Assembly: GCA_032718475.1 (NCBI GenBank)
Contig: JAUCBJ010007526.1
Coordinates: 1 to 64,000 of the forward strand
DNA from: Nemertoderma westbladi
Taxonomy: Eukaryota > Animalia > Xenacoelomorpha
DNA length: 64,000 nt
Direction of reading: 5' to 3'
The translations under genes were made by a program, and so were the position numbers. The notes below the pieces were generated by a model. The model was not told the origin of the DNA. It saw nothing but the letters and a program-made list of their open reading frames with translations, and searched no databases. Positions 39,501 through 49,321 of the stretch are shown piece by piece; the stretch's first letter is position 1, and each line of letters begins with the position of its first letter.

Positions 39501-40860
39501 GTGCCGTTAGTTTAATAGTACTGTGTAAAGGGAATTTGGTAGTAGGTTTGGGGAGTACAGGGGTCTCTCTCACCGAAGTGGTGTTTTCTAGAACAGGCCT
39601 AATCATTTCCGGCTCATCTACTATAGTAGGGAGTCTGGTAATGGTAATAGTTTGGTCTGTGGGTTCTGTACTCGCTACTGCAGTGCTAGATATTTGTCTT
39701 CTAACAGCTGGAGGCAAATCAGGCAATCTCTGACGTGAAGACATTCTTTTACGCCTACTGAGACGAGATCTATTTCCTCCACCTTCAGGGTCGGTAGTGT
39801 CTCCTTCCTCCGATGATGTATACCCTTGGCGTTTCGAAGTAGATCGACTCAGTATCTTCATTCGACTTTCTGTGAGGCGTTTATCGATGTAATCATGTGT
39901 CTCTTGCAGATTTGCCAACTCTAGTTGGGCGATCTCGTCAGAAGCTCTCTTTTCCGCTTCTGCCAATTTTCTTTCTGCCTCTGCCTCTGCCGCTGCTAGC
40001 TTGCTTGCTGCCTCTGCTAGCTTTCTTGCTGCCTCTGCCTCTGCTAGCTTGCTTGCTGCCTCTGCCTCTGCTAGTTTTCTTGCTGCCTCTGCCTCTGCTA
40101 GCTTGCTTGCTGCCTCTGCCGCTGCTACTGCCTTTCGATTTTCTATTTGTTTTTTCTGGACTTGTGTTTCCTGGGCTCTAGCGATGCGTCTTTCCTCATC
40201 AAATTTAGCTTGATCTTCAGCTAACATCTCAGCATCAAGGTTGTCCAACACACGCTTAGCCCCTGCACTATTAGGTGAAAATCCATGCAGTCTTCTTCTC
40301 AACTCCTTGTCTCCTATGAATCGCTGATAATCTGACAAATAGGTATCAATTGCATCTCTCTTTTGTGGTCCTTCTGGTGTTAATTCGCTTTCCACTTCGC
40401 TTTCCACTTCGCTTTCCACTTCGCTTTCCACTTCGCTTTCTACTTGAGAAGAAGGGGCGTCGGTTGATTCTTCAAAGGTTGGCCGCTCATCACAAGCCGT
40501 ATCCACCATTTTCGCTCCGCGTTCGGGTGTCCGCTCAACAGTCTCCGAACTACTGGAGCTATCTGGTCGCTGGGGACTAGGTTCTCGATCAGGATGTTGC
40601 TGCGATAGGACAGCTTCCTCTAGGTTCCGTTTTACCTGGGCCCGAGTGCCTATGATAGACCTATGGTGGATTAGCCTAGGGTCTGATACTACTACTGTAG
40701 GGCTAGGGATGACCTTGCTTACAGTAGGAGGGGACTTGGACTTCGGTCTCAGACGTTCTATACTCTTAGCTGAGTCCCAGATCTTTTTAAGACCCTGTCT
40801 AACACTCGTTCTAGCACTTTCTAAGAAACTATCTGACAGTGATTGGGTTTGGTCAGCCAT
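36523..40860 (-). CDS. BEL/Pao Gag-protease polyprotein lacking RT and integrase, 1445 aa
   Basis: DUF1759-like capsid region (KFNGDEMKWLPFKEYY...EKLRFLIKCLEG...LNTRYG); three zinc knuckles (CALCDGPHRLSAC, CYNCLRRGHQRRTC, CAKCGAKHHSLLH); protease ALLDSGS...ILIG...GWYFTGP; then directly the RNase H tail WRHRPETINLADIASRG...WLGGP...WP. No YxDD or integrase DDE. Confidence 0.92.
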   Translation of the reverse strand: MADQTQSLSDSFLESARTSVRQGLKKIWDSAKSIERLRPKSKSPPTVSKVIPSPTVVVSDPRLIHHRSIIGTRAQVKRNLEEAVLSQQHPDREPSPQRPDSSSSSETVERTPERGAKMVDTACDERPTFEESTDAPSSQVESEVESEVESEVESEVESELTPEGPQKRDAIDTYLSDYQRFIGDKELRRRLHGFSPNSAGAKRVLDNLDAEMLAEDQAKFDEERRIARAQETQVQKKQIENRKAVAAAEAASKLAEAEAARKLAEAEAASKLAEAEAARKLAEAASKLAAAEAEAERKLAEAEKRASDEIAQLELANLQETHDYIDKRLTESRMKILSRSTSKRQGYTSSEEGDTTDPEGGGNRSRLSRRKRMSSRQRLPDLPPAVRRQISSTAVASTEPTDQTITITRLPTIVDEPEMIRPVLENTTSVRETPVLPKPTTKFPLHSTIKLTAPGGAAQAPVLETERDIQDLSPVAPIRPATTLATPASAVEWVEKGRREMSLLLGQMREQRDCSSQQIRDLEGTVYQLKGTVRDSRIELQEVQQNIALERDKLVNIQRGIPTPPVTLCQPARSEVYHAQGVSPTRIYTASKVETPPVTLCQPARSEVYHAQGVSPIRIYTASDVETPIVNPIKGDYKPVSNDIPYRPDNDLKNLYTDNSILNNTMAQESFTRQMARTEARQAVKVGEIVKFNGDEMKWLPFKEYYEDSIQNSVLSSGEKLRFLIKCLEGPPKLMALKFIGHPNGLRQVWDTLNTRYGNKDNIAKYLYAKLVAPRKFLSNEIIEFSDEIQEICRQLDWLGKSHEYQSSMVIGAIVSTLPKGGVCTRWDKKVLYMMEQQRRSPTMADLMSFLDREVKLQLIKQSREKTSEDKVSEKPVSRRRVTSVCYTDDGESQTSHEEDSGKDTARSYDDHKTPRDVSKYQPRTNDRRDKLTKTPPQSPKRIQVSKPEERAKVHSIAQVKVSNIKPKCALCDGPHRLSACAEFQKKSLADRRGVLWDKRLCYNCLRRGHQRRTCYSDARCAKCGAKHHSLLHTEFERNHPSQVSEPKSHVQFSDVNDTDQSSEWEGFYTDEFSDANESCYLINTAVYRALTYEKDNDTEFPSTPLDKQPSWKVPTSNIGIREFPVVQVRVHGPNKSYIVNALLDSGSTGTFIDKELAEDIFAGQPKFRTKLNMSGIMQVWKSTLMADYYIGALSTPQDKLGEQSIESVKMVAIKNFATTQVEPYDWDEDENIQHLGIPRFQTDYPGVQILIGQNAHEALETLEKRPAQPQPLQPYAVRTRVGWYFTGPSRRTLEERLPQDRILQVKAWEEESSEVDEATEGTTYSSDSDDINSNVDQWRHRPETINLADIASRGVTPQERIDTPGWLGGPDSLSKEEEEWPPRLAAAEIRQAKGAEEISRRPNRPAGRLGLPGRDRKLSGNHGRQDTLPTTTSLIRQISRDSIT

Positions 40861-42726
40861 GTTTGATTGTACAGTTGAATGCCTACTGCTATAGTTACAG
40901 TTAAAGCAAGTCTAGTAATTCAGTAAGACTGTTGGCCTAGTACCGGTAATTAATTGCAATATATTAGAATACCGGTATACACTTATAGTATATATAAGTA
41001 TAACAGACTAGATTTGTCACAGAGTACCGATATATAATTTTAGCACAAATATATATAAATATATAATAGGCCTATCGTGAATACCGGTATACAGCTGACA
41101 CTTATAGTATATATAAGTATAATTATTACTAGAATTAATTACAGAATACCGGTATGATTTCAGCTCAAATTTATAGAAATAAATATAATAAACCTATTAG
41201 AGATACCGGTATATCAATTATTTAGGATAATTGAATTTCTGAAATTATAAGTTACTTAGTTACTTGAGTTTACTCTGTTACCGTTATGTAAGCAGTAGTC
41301 CAACTGATATTGAGACCTACTTGTTGTATGGCAGGCCTACTGATTTACAAATCTTTGGAGTTGATTTACAATATATATATACCCTGATAAGGGATTTGTT
41401 ACAAGATTGAAATAGGTGTTACTATTTCTGGTAAAATACCACTACACAGAAGCTGTGCGCTTTCAGTGAAGTGCTACTTATGGGACACTAAACAGAATAA
41501 TTCTACTGGCCTACGTTACTTATTTACTAGTTACTTACTATTGGTGAGATTACAATCTCTAATAAACACACAAAAACGGTACGTACAGATTTTTAGGGCA
41601 ATTTTACAGGGAAACTACTAACCAGTCTAACAAAGGGTTAGATCTCCTGGTTATTTCAACGGACAGGATACTACGGTATTTGAAAATAATAAGCAGAAGT
41701 AAATATTGCGTTGTCTAGATAGGAAAATACCACCGCCTGACGACCTACAGCCGTAGCGCTATAGGTACAACGTTATGTATCTACGGAGTGTTCCTACCTA
41801 GAAGTTAATTACCGCCGTCTACCAGAACGAGCGTGCCTATTAACTACTTTACAACACAATAATGCCTACACTAATTACTCTCGGACAGCACTGTACACTA
41901 AACCCTAAATTAGGTACAGGTACTTGTAAAACAGATAACCAGTAATTAAATATACTTGAACAGTTAAAAGAACCACAGCATCTGCTGGAGTGACCGGGGC
42001 ACTAAGTCACCAGTCTTTACCTACGCCAAGCAGCCCGTGTAGTACTGGGGTTAATTTAACTATAACGGTATGTATAACAAACACAATTACTGTAGGAATA
42101 AACTTGGGGACATGAATGTTGCGAGTAATTGCATAAACTCTGAATAATAAATATTACGCTACCCGTACAGAATACTCAAATAAAATACAAACTAAAATGC
42201 TGACAGACTACCACTAAGCCTAAACAAACTACTGTATGTGCAGATTCTGAAACTGTTAGTTAGTATGCGTGCTAATACGGTAGTACGACTTATTCTTTAA
42301 GAGGGGATTGTCCTTACAGCGATGGCTGCCCCAACTTACTAACGGCACTTTATCAGACTTACTCTACACACGTAGCAATTCCTTCAGACCCAACAACAGT
42401 CAGACAACAGTCCAGCCTACAATGATCTGAACAATCTGAGCAGACTTACACGTCTTCGGCTCAATATTAACTTACTAGGAAATAAAACCGACAGAAATAG
42501 GTAAAATCTCAATAAAAATTCAGGGCTGCAGTCCCTGATTAAGTACTAAGACCTACCGGTATACAATAATCAAAATCGAATAATACTAATGTACTTGCAC
42601 AACAGTACCGGTTATGACAGTTGGGCCTACGGACCTACGGTAGTAGTACCGGTTATGACAGTTGGGCCTACTGACCTACTGGAGTGCCGGTATTTTCAAT
42701 CTTATTGCTTACCGCAAATAAGATCG

Positions 42727-42737
42727 ATAGCTATTAT
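42727..42737 (-). promoter_or_regulatory. Primer-binding-site position: ATAATAGCTAT, non-tRNA, complementary to LTR-internal 43489-43499
   Basis: Abuts the 5' LTR; no TGG. Exact 11-nt inverted repeat with a sequence inside the LTR. Confidence 0.55.
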
Positions 42738-43970
42738 TGTACGCGCTTTTATAGACCTTCAGCAGTTTAACCTGCCGAAATTTATATGTCTTTATTGATA
42801 ATCTGCCTTTTGTAAGATGATAAGATTTAATACAAACAAACCAAAAACATTAGCCGAAGCCAGTCCATGCGCGTCCAAATGACCCGTTTATAACACCGGG
42901 AGACTGGATTCGTGGGCTTAAATTTATTTGCGGTCAAGCCTACGGTATTATTCGATTGATTACTAATATATAATCTCTGACAAATATTATTCACTTTCGG
43001 GAAATATTAGCAGTTCCTTTTAGGACGTGGCGCTCTACCTATGTAAACAGAGTTATGACTGATACTACACACAACGATATGGCTTAAATTTCAAGCATAG
43101 GGCGCATTCTTTAGGAATGCTTTATTATCAGATCCAATCACTTTACAATCACGCACGCTACCGGTAACGCACAACACTGCTCACTGATATGCCGACAGTT
43201 ACTGACTTTGATCAGGTATAAAGAGATATGCACTGGACTCAGGTAGTGTCTGTCAAACAACATTAGATTCACTACAAACACAATAATAAAGTCGCAATTG
43301 TTGTACATAACCTTTCTCTCTAACCTGTAGTGTATCAAAGATATTGGGAAAATGTGGGTTGATTATTGATATTCTTCAACTAATAACATCCAATTATACT
43401 GATACAAAATTACAAACAGTAAAAGCAGTATGACGGTAGGTTAAGATACAATTAGATTGCATTGAATCGTTAATAGCGAATTGGTAAGATAATAGCTATG
43501 CTTTCTATAATTTTGCCTACTAATGTTCTTACAAAAAGGCAGAAAACATTTCGCTATCTCAACACGGTCTTAAAACACTGATAATAAAGTCCTAAAATCA
43601 TAACGAAATCATAACAAAAATCCCGTGACTTTAGCTCTCTTATTTTCCAAGAATCCCGTTCAACACATGTAATCAGCAGTGAGACAGGATAATTTCAGTT
43701 CAGTAGCTCGGGATTGGTCGAAATCAGAACTAACTCAACGCAGGGCTATGGGTAACTGGGGCAACCTTCCCAAGCCGGCTGGCCAATCGAACAGCTCAGA
43801 TCCCTCCTAAAGGATTCCAACGCTTTGGAGGGGGGAACTGGTTAGCAAAGAAAACAAATCAGTCATATCCCAGAAAAACCTTTACAGTAGGTTTCAGAGT
43901 ATTTTAGCGTATGGGGGAAAAACTGGGTTGCGGGGCGAAGGGCCAGTTACATCCCACAGAAGCTTTTACA
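42738..43970 (-). repeat. 5' LTR
   Basis: Direct repeat of 31512-32744, upstream of the gag ORF on the minus strand. Confidence 0.95.
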
Positions 43971-45785
43971 GTATTCCAAGCGAGTCAGTACTAAAATAAG
44001 ACACAATACGGTATGTTCAATAAACAACCCACAACCATCAAATGCTTTCAACAGTAATGTATCCTATACCTGTATACTCTATATAGAGGAATACGCGAAA
44101 ACTACATATTCTTCACTTCATGCGTTGCGGGCGGTAAAATGTGTTCATAATTAATGTTTAGAGTTCAAAAATAGTTTACAAAGGAAATAGGCCGATGGTT
44201 CTTATCGATTCTCTATGCTTTTTATTGCCTTTGTTCACGATAGGGCAAGGATATACTGTATTTAATATGTTAACCCCTTGACAAGGGAAGGGGGAGACTA
44301 AATTGTCTACCATGATTGGTTGCACTTGTCATTTGACCAAACAATTTGATTATATGCAGTATTTATCAGCTTTCGCTTAACCTCTTCACCGGTAGACTGG
44401 TCGCTTTATTTACTACTGTTCAATATTTAAATAATCCAATGGAAACAAAGATACTTGAATCATGAGACGTGAATTTCAAGTTTACTTTTTATTCATCCTC
44501 TGTGTTTGTATGTGAAAGAGCCGAATATTATTTATTACCAGTGCTGTATGTAGAGATATGAGTTTCCGATTCTGTTATTACATTTGTCTGATAATCAGAT
44601 ACCTGACATATACCGATACTTGCCTAACAACTCAACCCTACCGGACCTGCAATGAAAAATCATTGTTATCAGGACTGCTACGCGTAGCACCTACGCGTAG
44701 CTACGCGTAGCACCTACGCGTAGTTTCAAAATACCTACGCGTAGTTCCAAAATAACTACGCGTAGTTTTAAAACACCTACGCGTAGTTGTTAAAAAGGCA
44801 GTAAGTCTGGCCCTACCGGTAAATGACAGGAATGGAAGTTACAAACTACGCGTAGCTACGCGTAGCTACGCGTAGCTACGCGTAGGCCTACGCGTAGGTC
44901 GAAAAGATTTACCCGTAATTTGGGCTTAATTTGTAGTACAAATAATAGTGGTAAAGTGTAAGTCTGTAAGTAGACCTACAGATGTACCGGAAAGTAGCCT
45001 ACTGTACCGTTAGTACAGTACATAGTACAATAGTACGTTTCCAGTTGCAATCGCTTAATTAGACGTAGCAAACTGATATCTTATTTAGTGTCACCCAATT
45101 AAGCGTTAGATAATTTTACTTACATATCTGTACTCGCTTAATTGGGCGTTGCACATATAACCTTTTACATTGTAGCCTAATTAGGCGGTTAACAATTTTT
45201 CCATAGAGATGCATACGCTTATTTAGGCGATGTAGAATTCGCCTAATTAGGCGAAAGTACCTAACTGTAGTACAGTGTAGTACAGTAACCTGGTAACAGG
45301 AGTAAGTATGAAGTAGTACCGGCTGAGCGGTTGCGGTAGGCCTAAACACTACGCCAACAACCCACAACAATATTAGCGTTTGCGTTAATTACGGGGTACC
45401 ATATCAATTTATTGCTGGGAGGGAACAGGTTACGGTGGTACCATACCGGTAATTTATTCTAACCAAAACAATAATCGAGAGACAAGACAAAAGCATTTTA
45501 CAGTTCGTTTTTATCGCAGTACCGGTTAGATAGAAGTTGGTTTACTACCGGTAATAGTGTACGGTAATTAATATTACAGAGATAAACATCAATCAGAAAT
45601 AACGTTAGTACAGTCTACAGTCGTTATCTCTCGCTCGATGCATTTCAGCATTGAGAATGTTGGCAACTGTAACTTAAACTTGCAAGACAGTGAAGGTCAA
45701 TGGACATAAACAATAATGACAAAATAAAATATTGTTAAAAAGTAGGCCTAATTCATACATATAAATAATCGTATTCCACAAATGC

Positions 45786-45792
45786 AAAAAAA
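45786..45792 (-). terminator. RNA polymerase III oligo-T terminator of 7SL
   Basis: T7 run directly after the 7SL 3' end on the minus strand. Confidence 0.85.
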
Positions 45793-46087
45793 GGATTGCG
45801 TCCCACTCTATTGCCTGGGCTACCGAACCTGCCTATTCACAAGCGCTATCCCGCTACTGCACAACGTGGGGGCTTTTGCCTGCTGCGTCACCGCCCTGGG
45901 CCGGTTCACTCCTCCTTAGACAACCTGGTCAGCCCGCCCTCCGACAGGCCAACCATATTGACGCCGAGCTTAGCACGGACGCTCGATCGACATAGCACAG
46001 AACCCGATAGGGGCCCCAAACTCAAGCGGTTCTCCAATCCCGGCCTCCAAGTCGCTCGGATTACAGGCGCTCGCCACTGCGCCCAGC
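45793..46087 (-). ncRNA. 7SL / signal recognition particle RNA
   Basis: Minus strand reads GCTGGGCGCAGTGGCGAGCGCCTGTAATCC (Alu domain) ... CAATATGGT ... CCAGGTTGTCTAAGGAGGAGTGAACCGGCCCAGGGCGGTGACGCAGCAGG (helices 6-8) ... GTGAATAG; ~295 nt, colinear with metazoan 7SL. Confidence 0.95.
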
Positions 46088-46958
46088 CGAAAGAGGTGGT
46101 TGATTTGATGTATAGAATCGTTTTACTTCCTGGATATATAAAATGGGACGAGCCACACAGGAAATCAAACGTTGTTTTGTTATTCATTATATGATTAATG
46201 CGAACCGGATAATCTTAGCTAGAACTCTAATAATATGATCTGATGATGAAGGATTGCCTAGGCCTAGGCCTACTGATTTATATTTAGTATTTATAAGTAG
46301 ATTTCATCGCATAGACGTAATTAAATCGCTCAACTATTTAATTAAATATCCTTAAATCTAAGCCTACAGTAATTTTTCTATAATATTCGTGCAATAGTTA
46401 ATTATTTTTTTTATGAGCCTTTCAACTAAAGATTTATCTGAAAATATGTAAAAAAGAAACACTGAAAGAAAGTAATACTTTTATTCTCAAATTGTTACTT
46501 TTTCGCTCAAATTTAGACCAAAATCGGGAGAAAAAGTTGCACTTTTTTCCCTAGAGTTAAAAAGTAACCCATAGGCTTGCATTGATTTTACTTTTTTTCC
46601 CGGCGAAAAAAGTAAAATAAAATATTTTTGGGTGGTTATACATGTGTTGATATCTTAAGTCCATGCACACACTCAAAAGTTATGGCATATTTAGTGTCTG
46701 CGCGGCGTACTCGAAAACGGAAATCAATATCCAATATTGGCTTATGTTGTTAAGCGGCTTTCTAGTTACGTAAGAAATATTCGGGAACACTAAATTATTT
46801 AACATTGAGTAAGGTAGCATCAGGAGTTGAAGAGCACAGTATTTTGAATTGCAGTAACTATGGAAGCAATAAAATACTACAGTTCAATTTATTTACAGTA
46901 TTTCTATATTTTAAATTGAGCAACAAAAAGTACCAATTTAAGAATAAAATTACGTATT

Positions 46959-47079
46959 ACATGGGAAAAAAAAGTAGAACTTTTTTCAATATTCTCTCGA
47001 CCCTTTATTAACCTCGCTGACGCTCGGGAAATAAAATGCCTCGAGAATAGTGAAAAAAAGTTCTACTTTTTTCCCATGT
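46959..47079. mobile_element. Small palindromic MITE-like hairpin
   Basis: ACATGGGAAAAAAAAGTAGAACTTTTTTCA...TGAAAAAAAGTTCTACTTTTTTCCCATGT arms around a CTCGCTGACGCTCG core. Confidence 0.65.
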
Positions 47080-47891
47080 TATAAATAATTATTGTTGACT
47101 ATTAGGCCTATTGGTTTCTTTTACTTTCAGCAGTTTAATTGAGAGAATAGTCTAATCACCAATTTTATAGTTTTTATTTTATGTTTTTCAGCTCTACTTT
47201 TAATTTTATTGAAATAAGTATTCTTATTCTTATTAAAATAATTTTTAATTTAAATAATTAGTATTTGATTAATTTTTTCTCTTTGATAATTTCATTTATT
47301 TTAATTTTATTATATTTATTAATATTTTTTAATATATTCCGGTGTTTAAAACTTTTTATTGTATAATAAATAAAACCGGTTTATTTACCGCTCGTCCTGA
47401 GCCTACTCCTCATACTAAACATGCGAGCGCAGCGAGTGGGATAAAGTATTTTATTCATTGTGTACTTGAAACAATATCTAATTTTATTGTTGAAATATAT
47501 TGTTATTTAGTTGCCTCTGTCTACGCAGAAACATTTGCAATGGGGACTCCCTATCCTATAATTAAATAATAATAACAATAAATATGTGATTAATGAAACC
47601 AGGCTGATTCCTCGATATGACCCTTAAAGTCTTAGGTTTTCTTTCTTTGGGGCAGCAAAGAGCAACCAGCTTATTGTTAGTCGTGAGTGCAATCTCCGCG
47701 CGGTGCATGTCATGGAGACAGATATCATAGTTATTATAATTATTTTTACTGATATTTCTTGCGCTAAATAAAATGTATCATCGTGACTCATAATGGGGGC
47801 TGAAATCGTTTTGGAATTTCGAGATTATAAAATCAAAATACTTTACTCGATTTTAAATTTATGAGTTTTATTTTTTATTTATTTTTTTTAG

Positions 47892-47989
47892 GTAATCGCC
47901 CTGAGATAAATGAGACGTGTATTCGCTTGAATAACGACACCTCCGTCCCAAGCATAACAACTACCCTGAGCGATACTCTGTCTGGAAGT
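47892..47989 (+). CDS. TMC (transmembrane channel-like) gene, internal exon
   Basis: T-rich AG acceptor and GTAAGT donor; NRPEINETCIRLNNDTSVPSITTTLSDTLSGS splices in phase 0 to the next exon. Confidence 0.75.
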
Positions 47990-48009
47990 GTAAGTATTGT
48001 ATTGAGTTA

Positions 48010-48200
48010 ACCTAAACTGGGGCGAGCCACGAAGTGAGCGAATCCTTAGCATAAGGGTACTATTATCGAGCTGTCTGTCGTCTAATTTCTGATCTCTAAT
48101 AAATCGGTTACTCCTATGAAATTAAACCAAACTTGGTACACATCTTGTTTGGCAAAAAAAACGAAAAAAAAGACGAGTGGACGAGTCTGTGTTAACTATA
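48010..48200 (+). mobile_element. Helitron/DINE-like non-autonomous element end (related inverted fragment at ~2590-2650)
   Basis: GGGGCGAGCCACGAAGTGAGCGAA followed by CTGTCTGTC and AAACCAAACTTGGTACACAT; the reverse complement of the first motif is at 2613-2636. Confidence 0.4.
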
Positions 48201-49175
48201 CTCCTAACAACAAGTACTATACCCATAAACATCATTTTATTATAAAGGTCCTCAGTCTGAGTTTAGGAAAAATATTTTGAAACAAAACAGGACGATCGCA
48301 ACGAGGCTAATCAAAGACACGAGTATTATAATACTAAAAATTTCATACTTTATTCAAATAGCCCTAGTTAGTAGCGGTCAATCATTGCTGAAATTAATTA
48401 AACCAAACTTGATACGTATATAGTCTCGTGCTGCGCGATGGCCCCACGAACATGTTTACTGTGTGTAAAATTTATTTAAAGATTTCATTGAATGGTATCG
48501 TATCAATAAAGTTTAGAATTTCCTTTGTTTAATTTAAATAATTTATTTTTTTAATGATTTTTCTCTAAAGAGTTTCTATTACTTAATTGAATAATTCTTC
48601 CCATATTTATCGAGACTGCCGTCTGTCTGTCATACATCATCATAGGTTTGCTCCTATTTAAAAATCCACCATTGTTTAACGAAACATATGTTAGTCTTTA
48701 GCATCTATGAATGTAGCTCTTTAGTTATTAAACCAAAACTAATTATTAATTAATGATTATCTATTGTGAGGAAACCAAGACGGTGGTAAAGCAATTTCAA
48801 TTTTTAGGTTCATTGTAAAAATATAAAAAAATATATAGTTCAATTTTCTGTTGAATATAAAACACAATTGCAGATAGCGGGCGGTGGCGCATATTGACCG
48901 CAAGTGAAAAAATAATTATATTCAGCAAAAATTGACCGAAAGTAAAATAATGTTTCGTGTATTGTTTTGGTTAGATAACACCGCCACTGTAACCTGCTTC
49001 TTTCCGTTAATGTTTTTAATGAAATTAAATTAATTTTTTCAAACCACTAAACATACGTTATAGTTTTGGTGTTTACTATCATTGACTCAAATTGAGAGTT
49101 GAAATGTGCTTTATGAATAACATGTTGTCAAAGAGTAAATATTTTGTTGTATCCGTATATGAATACAATTCGCAG

Positions 49176-49321
49176 GGTTGGTTGGAGAACACGCCGCTAT
49201 TCTACGGCTGGTACCCAAACGAAATCAGATCCATGTTTGGACTTCCATACAATATACCTTTAGCCTATATAGTGATTGGAGTGGTCTTTTTATTCTCGAC
49301 TCTTATTTCCATGGTTTTAAC
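49176..49321 (+). CDS. TMC (transmembrane channel-like) gene, internal exon
   Basis: CAG acceptor and GTAAGT donor; GWLENTPLFYGWY...YNIPLAYIVIGVVFLFSTLISMVL matches the TMC G-x-LE-x-[ST]-x-LFYG-x-Y...Y-x-[LI]PLAY plus TM segment. Confidence 0.85.

Larger units (their letters stand above)
31512..43970 (-). mobile_element. Full-length non-autonomous BEL/Pao-type LTR retrotransposon (12,459 bp)
   Basis: Two 1233-bp direct repeats with TGTA...TACA ends, 5-bp TSD GTATT (31507-31511 and 43971-43975), internal Gag-protease ORF. Confidence 0.95.
31255..44914. mobile_element. MITE with palindromic CTACGCGTAG-repeat TIRs (1.2 kb without the LTR insert); middle layer of nest; Merlin- or Mutator-like
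   Basis: TIR GGG(A/T)AAATCTTTTCGACCTACGCGTAGGCCTACG; 8-bp TSD GTAATTTG at 31247-31254 and 44915-44922. Confidence 0.88.
29156..45267. mobile_element. Unclassified TIR DNA transposon derivative (2.4 kb without nested inserts); outer layer of nest
   Basis: TIR CAGTTAGGTACTTTCGCCTAATTA(A/G)GCG at both ends; palindromic CGCCTAATTAGGCG-type subterminal repeats at both ends; flanked by TAGTA on both sides (TA or 5-bp TSD). Confidence 0.85.

Noticed and set aside
31512-43970. Assembly duplication or DIRS-type element
   Set aside because: TG...CA ends, a 5-bp TSD and BEL/Pao Gag-protease indicate a genuine LTR insertion; no tyrosine recombinase.
29156-45267. RAG/Transib transposon (convergent genes, possible 5-bp TSD)
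   Set aside because: Termini are CAGT rather than CAC heptamer-like, no RAG1 core or RAG2 kelch motifs are recognisable, and TAGTA is also explained by a TA insertion into a TAG repeat. Left unclassified.
45796-46194. 132-aa and 93-aa ORFs
   Set aside because: They overlap the 7SL RNA gene, which explains the GC-rich sequence.
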